Of a stretch of 64,000 bases of DNA, positions 47,361 through 57,805 are shown piece after piece (position 1 is the stretch's first letter; each line of letters starts with the position of its first letter). A program made the position numbers and the translations under genes. The stretch is taken from positions 48,196 through 112,195 of the forward strand of contig JAJDCB010000030.1 of assembly GCA_029261065.1 (NCBI GenBank), in the 5' to 3' direction. The notes under the pieces are model-generated. The model was not told the DNA's origin and searched no databases. It worked only from the letters and a program-made list of their open reading frames with translations. Origin of the DNA: Candidatus Omnitrophota bacterium. Its GTDB lineage: Bacteria; Omnitrophota; Gorgyraeia; Zapsychrales; Zapsychraceae.

Positions 47361-48431
47361 ATGAAACAAGAAATTACGATAAACGATCCTTTAGAAAAAT
47401 ATCAGAAGGAGCTTTCTGATATTAAGTTTGCTCTTGATGCTTCGACCATTGTTGCGATGACCGACCAAAAGGGCAAGATCACTTATGTTAATGATAAGTT
47501 CTGCAAAATATCTCAGTATAGTCGTGATGAACTCATAGGAGAAGATCATCGCATTATTAATTCGAACCATCACCCTAAAGAGTTTTTTAAAAATTTGTGG
47601 GATACAATTAAAAAGGGAGAGGTTTGGAGTGGAGAAATTAAGAATAGAACGAGAAGGGGGACTTATTATTGGGTTAGCACGACCATTGTTCCTTTTCTAG
47701 ATTTTGAAGGTAAGCCCTATCAGTATGTGGCTATTCGTCATGAAATAACAAAACGTAAAGAGATGGAGGCGGCTGTTAAGCAGTTGCCACAACGCATTAT
47801 TCATGCGCAGGAAAAAGAAAGAGAAGGGATCTCGCGAGAAATTCATGATGACTTAGGGCAATCCTTGGCTATGCTAAAGATGTCGATTCAGTCGACGATT
47901 CATAATGATCAACTGAGACCGGAAATAGCGTCATACGAGAAGATATTGCAATATCTAAATAAGATTATTGATAAAACTCGCCATTTAGCTTCTGGCTTAA
48001 GGCCTTCTACATTAGAGGTTGTTGGATTAACGACAGCTTTAAAAACTCTTATTAACGATTTTAAGACGTATTCTTCAATTGAAGTTCATTTTCATTGTAT
48101 TGATCTAGAAGATTTTAATTTTAAAGGTGAGGTGATAAATATTTACAGAATTGTTCAAGAAGCCTTAAATAACATTACTAAACATTCTCAAGCGAGTACT
48201 CTTAACATTGATATTAACTATTGTGATCAGATGTTAAATCTTAGCATTAAAGACAATGGAGTTGGCATGGAGATAGAGAGTAGTTCTTTTGAAAATAGTG
48301 TAGTTGGTGGCTTGGGGCTTACGACGATAAAAGAACGTGTTAGCATGCTTAAAGGAGAAATGTTCATTAAATCAAAATCTAATCAAGGAACAAAACTTTT
48401 GTTTCGTATCCCAGTTGATAAGAAAGGTTGA
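47361..48431 (+). CDS. PAS sensor histidine kinase (HisKA_3 / NarX-type)
   Basis: PAS ([26 protein letters not shown]), H-box [17 protein letters not shown], and HATPase N/G boxes ([18 protein letters not shown]). Confidence 0.75.
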   Translation: MKQEITINDPLEKYQKELSDIKFALDASTIVAMTDQKGKITYVNDKFCKISQYSRDELIGEDHRIINSNHHPKEFFKNLWDTIKKGEVWSGEIKNRTRRGTYYWVSTTIVPFLDFEGKPYQYVAIRHEITKRKEMEAAVKQLPQRIIHAQEKEREGISREIHDDLGQSLAMLKMSIQSTIHNDQLRPEIASYEKILQYLNKIIDKTRHLASGLRPSTLEVVGLTTALKTLINDFKTYSSIEVHFHCIDLEDFNFKGEVINIYRIVQEALNNITKHSQASTLNIDINYCDQMLNLSIKDNGVGMEIESSSFENSVVGGLGLTTIKERVSMLKGEMFIKSKSNQGTKLLFRIPVDKKG

Positions 48432-49081
48432 ATGTAATGGATCGGTTACGTATTATCATCGCAGATGATCATCAAATATTTAGAGAAGGTTTAAAAAATT
48501 TAATTGAGTCCAACGAGAACTATTCTGTTGTTGGAGAAGCAAATGATGGAGAAAAGCTTTTAGAGCTTGTGAAGCATAAAAAGAGCGATGTGATTATTTC
48601 TGACATATCAATGCCCAATATGGATGGGTTAAGTGCTATAAAAAAAATTTCAGAACAATTTCCAGATATTAAAATCTTAGTTCTTTCGATGCTAAAAGAC
48701 AATGTGCATTTAAAGAATGCCCTTAGTCATGGTGCGGCGGGTTACATTTTAAAAGATGATGCCTATGATGAGTTGCAAATGGCCATTGAGCGAGTGAGAA
48801 AAGGGAAACGATACATATCATCGGCCTTATCACAGTTATTTGTCGAAAGGCATGTTTGTGCAGATAACGATCTTGACGCCCCTTCATTAGAAATTCTTAC
48901 GAAAAGAGAGCGAGAGGTTCTTAAATATGTTGCAAAGGGTTATCCGAACAAGTTGATAGCAAGCAGGCTAAAAATTAGTTCACGCACAGTTGAGGCCCAC
49001 CGTGGTAATCTTTCCAAAAAGCTTGGCATTTTTAACACAGCAGGTTTAGTCAAATATGCCCTTTCTAAAACCCTCCTTTAG
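48428..49081 (+). CDS. response regulator, NarL/LuxR family
   Basis: REC domain (IIADDH..., D in VIISDISMP) + C-terminal LuxR HTH ([36 protein letters not shown]). Confidence 0.8.
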   Translation: MNVMDRLRIIIADDHQIFREGLKNLIESNENYSVVGEANDGEKLLELVKHKKSDVIISDISMPNMDGLSAIKKISEQFPDIKILVLSMLKDNVHLKNALSHGAAGYILKDDAYDELQMAIERVRKGKRYISSALSQLFVERHVCADNDLDAPSLEILTKREREVLKYVAKGYPNKLIASRLKISSRTVEAHRGNLSKKLGIFNTAGLVKYALSKTLL

Positions 49082-49204
49082 TTAAACTTCGTAATAATAC
49101 TTAGATTGTTTGTGGAACCTCCTTATTTCGGATAAGTCCTATTTGTCTTAAAATATTAGTGTAAGGTTAACTTAATAGAGGAATGATTTAAAAAGGATGA
49201 TTTT

Positions 49205-49594
49205 ATGAAAACAAAGATTTTATTAATCGAAGACAATGATGATTTTAGGAATGCGGTGAAGGGCTACTTAAATGAACAAATACTAGATATTGAGATTTTT
49301 GAAGCTTGTACAGGGGAAATGGGTGTAACGAAAGCTTCTTTAGTTAAGCCTGATATTGCTATTGTTGATCTAAACTTGCCGCATGCTAATGGGTTTGAAG
49401 TCATTAAAATGTTGAAAGAAGATCATCCGAATTGTTTTCTTATTGTATTAACCATGCTTGAGGTAGAACAGTTTAAGCAGTTGGCCAAAGAGTTGAACGT
49501 TGTTGATTTTGTTGGGAAAAGTGAGCTTTTTGATCGTCTCGTACCTGTCGTTAATAAATATGTAGAAAAATGCAGAGAAGCCAGTATGGTCTAG
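49205..49594 (+). CDS. single-domain response regulator (receiver only)
   Basis: KILLIEDN...DIAIVDLNLP...VLTM receiver signature. 129 aa. Confidence 0.65.
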   Translation: MKTKILLIEDNDDFRNAVKGYLNEQILDIEIFEACTGEMGVTKASLVKPDIAIVDLNLPHANGFEVIKMLKEDHPNCFLIVLTMLEVEQFKQLAKELNVVDFVGKSELFDRLVPVVNKYVEKCREASMV

Positions 49595-49603
49595 AAGAAA
49601 GGG

Positions 49604-49861
49604 GTGATAAAAATGATTACAGAGATCGGAATCGTTTCAGGTGAAATATTGACAGCTCTTGATGAGATAGACACGCCTTTAGATATTCAACAACTTTTCC
49701 TTTATGTCGATGCCCCTCAGGATGTCATCACTATGGGGATAGGTTGGCTAATTCGCGAGGGTTATGTACATTTACACTTTGAAAATGGGCATTATTTTAT
49801 TGAAAAGCAAAAAAGGCGCTGCGATAAGAGTAATCTAGCCAGCAATACTTTTGGTGTGTAG
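49604..49861 (+). CDS. hypothetical small protein (possible winged-helix)
   Basis: 85 aa, 9 bp after the receiver gene. Fold assignment is speculative. Confidence 0.25.
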   Translation: MIKMITEIGIVSGEILTALDEIDTPLDIQQLFLYVDAPQDVITMGIGWLIREGYVHLHFENGHYFIEKQKRRCDKSNLASNTFGV

Positions 49862-50026
49862 AGTTTCGTTTTACAGATATTCCATTTTTACTCAATTTTT
49901 CCTTCCTTAAATTTAGGCAATTTTTTCTACATTTTTCCTCCATTAGGCTTTACAATCAATAAAACAAAATACTAGATATAATATTTTTTCATTATTAATG
50001 AAATTTCTTAAAGGTATTCTGATTCT

Positions 50027-51043
50027 ATGATTAAAGTAGGTATTATTGGATGTGGGTATTGGGGGCCGAATCATATACGTATTTTTTCTCAATTGGCTAA
50101 CTCTCAAGCTGTGATGTGTGCTGATTTGGATGAAAATCGGTTGGCAAATGTTAAAGATTTATACCCTAATCTCCAAACAACAACAAATTATAAAGATATT
50201 TTGACCAATGATGAGATAAGGGCTGTGTGTATCGCATCACCTACCAATACCCATTTTAATCTCACCAAAGAGGCTTTAGAGCATGGCAAGCATGTTCTTG
50301 TAGAAAAACCTCTTGCTTTACATACAAAAGAATGTCAGGAACTCAAGGAGTTAGCTGAAAAAAAGAAGTTGGTGCTTATGGTGGGCCACGTTTTTCTTTT
50401 TAATTCCAGCATCCAATGGCTTAAAGATTACATTAAAGCCGGAGAGATGGGACAAATTTATTATGCTTATTGTACGCGAACCAATTTAGGACCATTTCGT
50501 TATGATGTTAATGCGTTATGGGATTTAGCCCCACACGATATTTCTATCTTAAATTATTTATTTGAAGGTTCTCCTATTAATGTCTCGGGACGCGGTCAGA
50601 AATCATTAGGCAGTTCGCTTGAAGATTTATCATTTGCTACTATGGAATACGAACAAGGCATTATTGCAAACGTTCATGTGAGTTGGTTGGATCCAAAGAA
50701 GGTGAGGCAGATGACAATTGTTGGAGAGAAAAAGATGGTGACGTGGGATGATTTAGATGGTTTAGGTCCGATTAAGCTTTATGATAAACATGTTGAGAAA
50801 ACCTCAACCTATTATGCGACGTACGGGGAGTTTCAGTTGCTTTCTAAAGAAGGAAGTATCACGTTACCCAATATCTCAGCAAGTGAACCTTTAAAGGCGC
50901 AGGGTCAGTATTTTATGGAGTGTGTGGAGAAGGTAAAAAATCCTGATCTAGCCGATGCGCAAAAAGGATTGGAGGTTGTTAAAACGTTGTGTGGTATTCA
51001 AGAATCCATGGATTTAAAGGGAACTTGTGTTGCCATTATATAG
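50027..51043 (+). CDS. Gfo/Idh/MocA family NAD(P)-dependent sugar oxidoreductase
   Basis: Rossmann KVGIIGCGYWGPNH, then EKPLA and the C-terminal alpha/beta domain typical of the family. Confidence 0.7.
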   Translation: MIKVGIIGCGYWGPNHIRIFSQLANSQAVMCADLDENRLANVKDLYPNLQTTTNYKDILTNDEIRAVCIASPTNTHFNLTKEALEHGKHVLVEKPLALHTKECQELKELAEKKKLVLMVGHVFLFNSSIQWLKDYIKAGEMGQIYYAYCTRTNLGPFRYDVNALWDLAPHDISILNYLFEGSPINVSGRGQKSLGSSLEDLSFATMEYEQGIIANVHVSWLDPKKVRQMTIVGEKKMVTWDDLDGLGPIKLYDKHVEKTSTYYATYGEFQLLSKEGSITLPNISASEPLKAQGQYFMECVEKVKNPDLADAQKGLEVVKTLCGIQESMDLKGTCVAII

Positions 51044-51055
51044 AGAGATAAAGCT

Positions 51056-51619
51056 ATGAGTTATTTTAAACACGAAAAAGCGATTGTTCACCCAGAAGCC
51101 GAAATAGGCGAGGGGACACGTTTATGGGCGAACACTAATATTCAGCAGGGCGCTACGATTGGCAAAGATTGTAATATTTGTGATGGAAGTTTTGTAGAGA
51201 GTGGCGCGATTGTTGGTAATCATGTCACGGTCAAACATCATGTTTCTATTTTTGATGGTGTCACGATTGAAGATGATGTATTTATCGGATCCAATATTGC
51301 CTTTATTAACGATCGGTATCCTCGGAGTAATAACGGGGGTGAGTGGACGTTAGAGAAGACTACGGTTAAAGAAGGTGCGACGTTAGGAAGTAATGTTGTT
51401 ATACTTTGCGGGTTAAGTGTTGGGCGTTACGCTGTTGTTGGGGCGGGAAGTGTTGTAACAAAAGATGTTGATGATTACACGATTGTAGGTGGTAATCCTG
51501 CGCGTCAAATGGGTTATGCTTGTGTGTGCGGTAAAAAGTTAGATAAGGAATTATCTTGTAGTTGTGGGAAAAAATATTTATTGAAAGATAAAGCGCTTGT
51601 GATGGATGATCAAAAATGA
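51056..51619 (+). CDS. hexapeptide-repeat (left-handed beta-helix) sugar N-acetyltransferase with C-terminal Cys4 motif
   Basis: Repeating [LIV]G.... hexads (IGKDCNICDGSFVESGAIVGNHVTV...). C-terminal CVCGKK...CSCGKK. Confidence 0.65.
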   Translation: MSYFKHEKAIVHPEAEIGEGTRLWANTNIQQGATIGKDCNICDGSFVESGAIVGNHVTVKHHVSIFDGVTIEDDVFIGSNIAFINDRYPRSNNGGEWTLEKTTVKEGATLGSNVVILCGLSVGRYAVVGAGSVVTKDVDDYTIVGGNPARQMGYACVCGKKLDKELSCSCGKKYLLKDKALVMDDQK

Positions 51620-52347
51620 GCAAAGTTCTCGTCTCCCCGGTCGCGTTCAACGAAAAAATTAAGTTACAAAATGTTATAAAACGATTTTTGAAAAGTGAGT
51701 TTAACGGTACGTTTGATTATTTGATCGTGGATGATGCCTCAACAGATGGGCAAACAGAGATGATTGCCGGGTATAAAGATCAAGGGGTTATGACCCTTAG
51801 ACATCAAACACGTCAAGGCGTTGGTTCGGCCATTCGTACAGCTATACGGTATGCTCAAAAACATGATTACGATGTATTGGTGATTATGGCCGGTAATGAT
51901 AAAGATAACCCAGAGGAAATTGCAAGATTAACAGATCCGATCATTAAAGACGGGTGCGATCTTGTCCAAGGATCTCGTTATTTAGGAAAAAATGGCATTG
52001 GTGGGGATATGCCTTTTTATCGAAAGATTGCAACGAGATTACATCCGATGTTACTTTCTTTAATTTCTGGACGTCGTGTTACAGATTCGACAAATGGTTT
52101 TAGGGCTTTTCGTTTATCTCTTTTTAATGATGAACGCATTAACATTGATCAATCTTGGTTAGATCAATATGAGCTGGAACCTTATTTGTTATATAAAGTT
52201 ATTAAATTAGGTCATAAATTTCAAGAAGCTTCTGTAACAAAGATATATCCAGCTAAGAAGTTGGGTTATACAAAAATGCGTCCTTTAATCGGTTGGTGGA
52301 GTATATTGCGCCCGCTGATTTATTTAGGATTGGGTATAAGAAAATAA
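51616..52347 (+). CDS. GT2 family glycosyltransferase, Dpm1-like
   Basis: DYLIVDDASTDGQT and LVQGSRY motifs. 243 aa. Confidence 0.6.
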   Translation: MSKVLVSPVAFNEKIKLQNVIKRFLKSEFNGTFDYLIVDDASTDGQTEMIAGYKDQGVMTLRHQTRQGVGSAIRTAIRYAQKHDYDVLVIMAGNDKDNPEEIARLTDPIIKDGCDLVQGSRYLGKNGIGGDMPFYRKIATRLHPMLLSLISGRRVTDSTNGFRAFRLSLFNDERINIDQSWLDQYELEPYLLYKVIKLGHKFQEASVTKIYPAKKLGYTKMRPLIGWWSILRPLIYLGLGIRK

Positions 52348-52380
52348 AAAGATAAACCTCTTTAAATAAAGGAACGAATA

Positions 52381-52650
52381 ATGGCTAAAATACTCGCTTT
52401 CTTTTTGGTGTGTTGCATTTCGATTGGTTGTAGTTATGAAGGAAAATCTATTCAATCATATTTGAAAGATCCTCGATCCATCATCCAGGATCCTCATTTT
52501 ACTAGTTATCAAGAAAAGAGAGGGGATTTGGAAAGCCAGTATTTAAAGAAAGAAATTGCTTACGTTGATTATGTTGAGCAAATGGATCAGTTAGATCAAA
52601 AATATTCACAAGAAGTTCAAGAGAGAAGTTCGATTATTAATACACAATAG
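52381..52650 (+). CDS. small hypothetical lipoprotein
   Basis: Lipobox SIGC-SYE. 89 aa. Confidence 0.35.
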   Translation: MAKILAFFLVCCISIGCSYEGKSIQSYLKDPRSIIQDPHFTSYQEKRGDLESQYLKKEIAYVDYVEQMDQLDQKYSQEVQERSSIINTQ

Positions 52651-52651
52651 A

Positions 52652-53413
52652 TTGTGTGTGTTTGGAGTGCTTATGAAGTTGTATGGGAAAAATCCAGTGT
52701 TAGAAAGGCTACGGTCGAATCCGAAAAGCATTAAAAAGATTCATGTGGAGCAAGGTGTTCAAGGTTTAACGGTGATCAGGCAAAAAGCGAAACAATGGAA
52801 TATCCCTGTTATAGCGACAACGCGATCCAAGATGCAAAAGATTGGACGGTCGCTTAATACGCAAGGAATTGTGGTTGTTGTAGACGATTTTGAATATATG
52901 CCATTTGATGATTTGTTAGAACAAGCTCTTAAGAAAAAACGGTGTATTCTTTTTCTAGATGAGATTAATGATCCGCAGAATTTAGGGGCTATTATTCGTA
53001 GTGCAGGGTGCTTAGGACATTTTTCAATAGTGTTACCTTCCCATAAATCTGTTTCCGTGACTGAGGCTGCTTTACGAGTAGCTTCAGGAGGGGAAAGTCA
53101 TGTTGCTATTGCTAAGGTGTCGAATTTAAATCAGGCGATTAGAGAGGCTAAAGGTGAAGGGTTTCATATTGTTGGTACGGTTGTCAATGCCAAACAAACA
53201 CTAGAGAAGACGCAACTCCCGTTTCCTTTGGGTATTGTTGTTGGGTCGGAACAAAAAGGAATTCGGGATGTGATTCGCAAAAATTTGGATTTAGAAGTTC
53301 AAATACCGATGTACATTGATCGGCTTTCATTTAACGTTGCTCATGCAACAACAATTCTTTGTTATGAAGTCACAAGACAAAAACTTATCAGAAAAAAACC
53401 AAGAGACAGCTGA
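52652..53413 (+). CDS. SpoU/TrmH-family RNA 2'-O-methyltransferase (RlmB-like)
   Basis: LFLDEINDPQNLGAIIRSAGCLG, GSEQKGI, and the SPOUT C-terminal knot LSFNVAHA. Confidence 0.7.
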   Translation: MCVFGVLMKLYGKNPVLERLRSNPKSIKKIHVEQGVQGLTVIRQKAKQWNIPVIATTRSKMQKIGRSLNTQGIVVVVDDFEYMPFDDLLEQALKKKRCILFLDEINDPQNLGAIIRSAGCLGHFSIVLPSHKSVSVTEAALRVASGGESHVAIAKVSNLNQAIREAKGEGFHIVGTVVNAKQTLEKTQLPFPLGIVVGSEQKGIRDVIRKNLDLEVQIPMYIDRLSFNVAHATTILCYEVTRQKLIRKKPRDS

Positions 53414-53981
53414 TCTAAACGCAATTAACTTTTTTGCAGAAGCGGGTCTTCTTAAAAGAGTAAAACGTAGCGGTTGGTGGGTTGCTGGTATCAAGGATCC
53501 TGAAAGTGTTGCCGAGCATTGTTATCGTTGTGCTGTCATTGGATATTATATGGCGCATGAAGAAAAGGTCGATCCTTTTAAGGTTATGACCATGACATTG
53601 TTTAATGATATTCATGAAGCGCGTATTAATGATTTGCATAAGATGGGACATTATTATATTGATTTTCGAGAAGCAGAAAAGAAGGTTTTTAAAGATCAAA
53701 CTAAGGGTTTAAAAAGTGAAGTAAGAGAAGAGTTGGAAGGGACGAGAAAAGATTATGATGAGCAGGTCACCAAAGAAAGTCTTGTCGCGCGCGATGCGGA
53801 TATTTTTGAATGTTTAATTCAAGCGAAAGAATACACTGATAACGGTCACGCCCAAGCTAAAAAATTTTTGAAAGTAGCACCAGGTCACTTAAAAACAAAA
53901 ACCGCTAAGCGTTGGTGGAAACAGTTAGAAAATTGGCATAGTGGAGACTGGTGGGAGAATGTTGTTAAGTTTGAACGGTGA
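53364..53981 (+). CDS. HD-domain phosphohydrolase (YfbR-like)
   Basis: H...HD motif: AEHCYRCAVIGYY...LFNDIHEARINDL...D. Start uncertain: the track ORF begins at 53316 inside the upstream gene. Confidence 0.5.
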   Translation: MKSQDKNLSEKNQETADLNAINFFAEAGLLKRVKRSGWWVAGIKDPESVAEHCYRCAVIGYYMAHEEKVDPFKVMTMTLFNDIHEARINDLHKMGHYYIDFREAEKKVFKDQTKGLKSEVREELEGTRKDYDEQVTKESLVARDADIFECLIQAKEYTDNGHAQAKKFLKVAPGHLKTKTAKRWWKQLENWHSGDWWENVVKFER

Positions 53982-54749
53982 TTGATGAAAATGCGCAGAT
54001 TTTTTTCATTTTGTTGTGTTATAAGTTTATTGTTTCTTTTTGGCTGTTCGTACAATGCGGCTACGGGACGGCGAGAGATTATTGCGATTTCTACCTCTGA
54101 AGAAGTTGCTCTTGGCCAAAAAGCCCACAATGGTATTCTTAAAGAATTTACTCTTTCTTCCGATGAAACGCTAAATGAGAAGGTTAATCGTATCGGTAAA
54201 AGGCTTGTCCGTGTTTCTGATCGGCAAGATTATCAATATCATTTTTATGTTATTGATAAAAAAGAGTTTAATGCTTTTACCACCCCAGGTGGACATATCT
54301 ATTTTCATGCAGGTCTTTTAGAGCATTTAAGTACGGATGATCAGATTGCTGGAGTCTTGGCTCATGAAATTGGTCATTGTGCGGCTAAACATACTATTAA
54401 AAAATATCAGGCGGCATTGGGATATAACTTTTTAGGAAATCTTGTTTTAAACCGTATTGGTGGCGGCGCTCAGCAAATTGCTAATTTAAGTTCAGGTGTT
54501 ATCATGAACTTGGCTTTTTCAGCCTATGGCCGCAAAGATGAATATGAAGCAGATCGTTTAGCTATAAAATATATGTATTTAGCTGGTTACGATATTGATG
54601 GCATGATTGGTGTATTGAAAGTTTTGGAACAAGCCTCAAAGGGGGCTTCTAAAACGCCTCTTATTTTGAGAAGTCATCCGTATTTGAAAGATAGGATTAC
54701 AGCGGCCAAGCAGGAGATTGTCAATATTAAGGTAAAGTTTGGGGAATGA
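53982..54749 (+). CDS. M48-family zinc metallopeptidase lipoprotein
   Basis: Lipobox LFGC-SY, HExxH VLAHEIGHCAAKH, downstream E (EYEADRLA). Confidence 0.7.
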   Translation: MMKMRRFFSFCCVISLLFLFGCSYNAATGRREIIAISTSEEVALGQKAHNGILKEFTLSSDETLNEKVNRIGKRLVRVSDRQDYQYHFYVIDKKEFNAFTTPGGHIYFHAGLLEHLSTDDQIAGVLAHEIGHCAAKHTIKKYQAALGYNFLGNLVLNRIGGGAQQIANLSSGVIMNLAFSAYGRKDEYEADRLAIKYMYLAGYDIDGMIGVLKVLEQASKGASKTPLILRSHPYLKDRITAAKQEIVNIKVKFGE

Positions 54750-54824
54750 AATTTTGATAACATCCAATAATCTTTGATTTTCCATTTGCGATTAGTAATT
54801 TAATGTTAGAATGGAGCTAATACA

Positions 54825-55130
54825 ATGAAACGAATTGGTATTGCTGCTAGTAAAATGGCCAAGGGAAATCGTGCGCTTTACAACGGCTATGTTGTATTGA
54901 TTTCCGCCCTTTTTTCATTGTTTATTTTTGTCATTGCTGGTGCTAGTGTTGTCTTTGCGCTAATCATTATTGCCACCATTGGTAATGAAATTATGCCAGA
55001 TGACAATTTTACAGAAAACTGGAAATCCATCCTTACTGTTTGTATGGTTTCTCTAACAGTCATCATTGCCATTTTTAACGTTTTTGCTATTACAAAGAAT
55101 ATTAAATTTCCTAAAGGAATAGAAAAATAA
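54825..55130 (+). CDS. small hypothetical membrane protein
   Basis: 101 aa, 3 TM helices. Confidence 0.3.
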   Translation: MKRIGIAASKMAKGNRALYNGYVVLISALFSLFIFVIAGASVVFALIIIATIGNEIMPDDNFTENWKSILTVCMVSLTVIIAIFNVFAITKNIKFPKGIEK

Positions 55131-57436
55131 TGGTTCAGAATAAAATAGATTTTGAGCAGTGTTTAAATCAACTCCCCGTTGGTTTCTTTCGTGCCCATGT
55201 GGGTAGAAATTCCAAACTTACTTTTGTAAACGAGAATATTTTGAAATTATTGGGATATTCGAAAACAGAGATGATGAAAGTTAAAGCGTCATCTTTTTTT
55301 GTAGAGAAAAAAAGCTACAACTTACTTATAAAAAATGTTGCGGCTGATGGTTATGTTCACGATATGGAAGTGTGTTTTAAGAAAAAAAATAAAAAAACGA
55401 TATGGTGTTTATTGTCGGCTCAATATGTTCAAGGAGTTGGACGTAAGGAAGCGTACATGGATGTTACGGTGAGAGATTTCTCTCAACGTAAACAGATTGA
55501 GAAGGATTTGATCGAATCAAAAGAGATGTTTCAAACTGTCTTTAATAATTCGGCCACCGCAATTACTGTAACGGATAAAAACGAAAAAATTGTCGCTTGG
55601 AATCCTTTTGCTGAAAGGATGTTGGGTATGGAGCGAGAAGCTTTGTTTAATAAACCCATCAAAGATTTATACCCACCTAAAGAGTGGCGCCGGTTGCGTT
55701 CTTTTAGAATTAGAAGAAAGGGGATGCTCTCTGATATTGAAACGCAGATTATAAAACCGGATGGTAAAATTATAGATGTTAATATCTCGGTTACGGTTTT
55801 AAAAAATCTTGAGGGAAAAGTGGTAGGTTCTATTGGGATTATGAGAGATATTACGAACCAAAAGATTGCAGATAAAAAGGTAAGAGAATCGGAAAATAAG
55901 ATTCGTGTTATTCTTGATAATTCTGCAGCAGCGATCACCTTAACAGATGACCAAGAGCGTATCGTTTCTTGGAATAAATATACAGAACATATGCTGGGCA
56001 TGAAAAAGAACGATCTTTATCTTAAAGATGTTAGCTCGTTATATCCTGAAGATGAATGGAAAAAAATTCGTTCTGAGAAAATTCGAAAAATTGGTTCCAA
56101 GCATCATTTAGAAACAAAGGTTGTTAAGAGAGATGGTCATATCATTGATATCGATTTATCCATTAATGTCCTTAGAGATGATAAAGGGAAATTGATTGGA
56201 TCGGTTGGTATTATGCAAGATATCACTGAACAAAAACGTTTTCAGGAAATGCTTATTCAGGCAAAACTGTCCGCCGAGGAAGCCAATAGCGCTAAAACTC
56301 TTTTTCTAGCTAATATGTCACATGAAGTGCGTACACCCATGAACACCATTTTGGGAATGGTTGATCTGACATTGGATACAGAGCTCTCTGATGAACAAAA
56401 AGAAAATTTATCAGTTGTTAAAGATGCTGCTGATAATCTGTTGGGTCTTTTAAATGATATTCTTGATTTATCTAGGGTTGAGGCGGGAAAAATTTCTTTA
56501 GAAAAAATAGAGTTTCACTTACATAACGTTGCTAGAAGTGTTTGTAAGGGGTTGTCCGTTATCTCACGGGCAAAAAAATTGGAGATTGTTTTAAACTTTG
56601 CAGATGATGTCCCAGAGATGATTTTAGGGGACCCTGTTCGATTAAGACAGGTTTTGGTTAATTTGATTAATAATGCCATTAAATTTACGCATAAAGGTAA
56701 CATCACCTTAGATATTAGTTTAGCTTCAAAAAAGGGTGAGGATGTATTGATTAGTTTTGCTGTTAAGGATCAAGGGATCGGTATTCCGTTGGATCGACAA
56801 GATAAAATTTTTGAGGTGTTTACTCAAGCGGATGACTCGACAACAAGAAGATTTGGAGGCACAGGTCTTGGACTTGCTATCTCAAAGCGATTAGTTGAGA
56901 TGATGGGGGGAGATATTGGGGTCGAGAGTAAAGAAGGAAAGGGGAGTACGTTTAAATTTACGGCTGCGTACAAAGCATTGTCGGAGGAGAGGGTTTCAGC
57001 GTTAGGGATCGCTTCTCAAGAGGTTGAAAAAGAAAAGAGTGATGCTCCTGAGGTAAAAGATTTAAAAATTTTGTTAGCAGAAGATAATATTGTAAATCAA
57101 AAAATTGCAGCGCGCATGTTAGAAAAACAAGGATGGACGGTGACGTGTGCGGATAACGGAAAAGAAGTTCTTGATTTGATTATTGCCAATGAATTTGATG
57201 TTGTGCTTATGGATGCACATATGCCCATTCTTGATGGGTTAGAAGCCACACAAATTATTCGAAAAAATGAAACAAATACAGGTAAGCATATTCCTATCAT
57301 TGCTTTAACGGCTCGTGCTATGCAGGAAGACCGTAAAAAGTGTTTGGATTCTGGAATGGATGGTTATGTATCAAAACCGATAGATCGAAAAAAATTATTT
57401 GATGAAATCATTAATACAGTTAGAAAGGAAAAATAA
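55130..57436 (+). CDS. hybrid sensor histidine kinase (multiple PAS + HisKA + HATPase + receiver)
   Basis: Three PAS-like repeats ending DIT.QK/RDIT. H-box [12 protein letters not shown] boxes [19 protein letters not shown]-terminal REC ILLAEDN...VLMDAHMP...KP. Confidence 0.8.
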   Translation: MVQNKIDFEQCLNQLPVGFFRAHVGRNSKLTFVNENILKLLGYSKTEMMKVKASSFFVEKKSYNLLIKNVAADGYVHDMEVCFKKKNKKTIWCLLSAQYVQGVGRKEAYMDVTVRDFSQRKQIEKDLIESKEMFQTVFNNSATAITVTDKNEKIVAWNPFAERMLGMEREALFNKPIKDLYPPKEWRRLRSFRIRRKGMLSDIETQIIKPDGKIIDVNISVTVLKNLEGKVVGSIGIMRDITNQKIADKKVRESENKIRVILDNSAAAITLTDDQERIVSWNKYTEHMLGMKKNDLYLKDVSSLYPEDEWKKIRSEKIRKIGSKHHLETKVVKRDGHIIDIDLSINVLRDDKGKLIGSVGIMQDITEQKRFQEMLIQAKLSAEEANSAKTLFLANMSHEVRTPMNTILGMVDLTLDTELSDEQKENLSVVKDAADNLLGLLNDILDLSRVEAGKISLEKIEFHLHNVARSVCKGLSVISRAKKLEIVLNFADDVPEMILGDPVRLRQVLVNLINNAIKFTHKGNITLDISLASKKGEDVLISFAVKDQGIGIPLDRQDKIFEVFTQADDSTTRRFGGTGLGLAISKRLVEMMGGDIGVESKEGKGSTFKFTAAYKALSEERVSALGIASQEVEKEKSDAPEVKDLKILLAEDNIVNQKIAARMLEKQGWTVTCADNGKEVLDLIIANEFDVVLMDAHMPILDGLEATQIIRKNETNTGKHIPIIALTARAMQEDRKKCLDSGMDGYVSKPIDRKKLFDEIINTVRKEK

Positions 57437-57437
57437 C

Positions 57438-57797
57438 ATGAGTGAACACGTTATAGATTTAGAAGAATTTTTGGAAAGAGTTCAGGATGATAAAGAATTA
57501 TTGCTAGAACTTTTAGATATATTCATGGATGATTTTCAACAAAAGCGCAAATTGTTAGACACCGCTATTTCATCTAATGATTTTGAGGAAGTAAAAAATA
57601 TTTCTCATTCTATAAAAGGTGCATCGGGTAATATTTCTGCTAAGTCTTTGCGTATGTTGTTTCTTCGGCTAGAAGATATGGGTGGCAATAGTGACCTTTC
57701 TGGGGCGCAAGATTTATTGATAGATGTTGATAAAAGCTTTGATGATTTGAAAAAGAGATGTGCAGAGTTAAAAACGGAGTTAGGAAGTGATAATTAA
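57438..57797 (+). CDS. Hpt (histidine phosphotransfer) domain protein
   Basis: HSIKGASGNISA is the HxxKG phospho-His motif. ATG at 57438 has RBS aaaggaa. Track ORF begins at 57399. Confidence 0.65.
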   Translation: MSEHVIDLEEFLERVQDDKELLLELLDIFMDDFQQKRKLLDTAISSNDFEEVKNISHSIKGASGNISAKSLRMLFLRLEDMGGNSDLSGAQDLLIDVDKSFDDLKKRCAELKTELGSDN

Positions 57798-57805
57798 AGC
57801 CTTCG

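Noticed and set aside
49930-49985. Sigma70-like promoter (tttaca ... tataat) upstream of the Gfo/Idh/MocA gene
   Set aside because: Spacing between the candidate -35 and -10 is about 22 nt, which is too long. In an AT-rich genome such hexamers occur by chance. Not reported as a feature.
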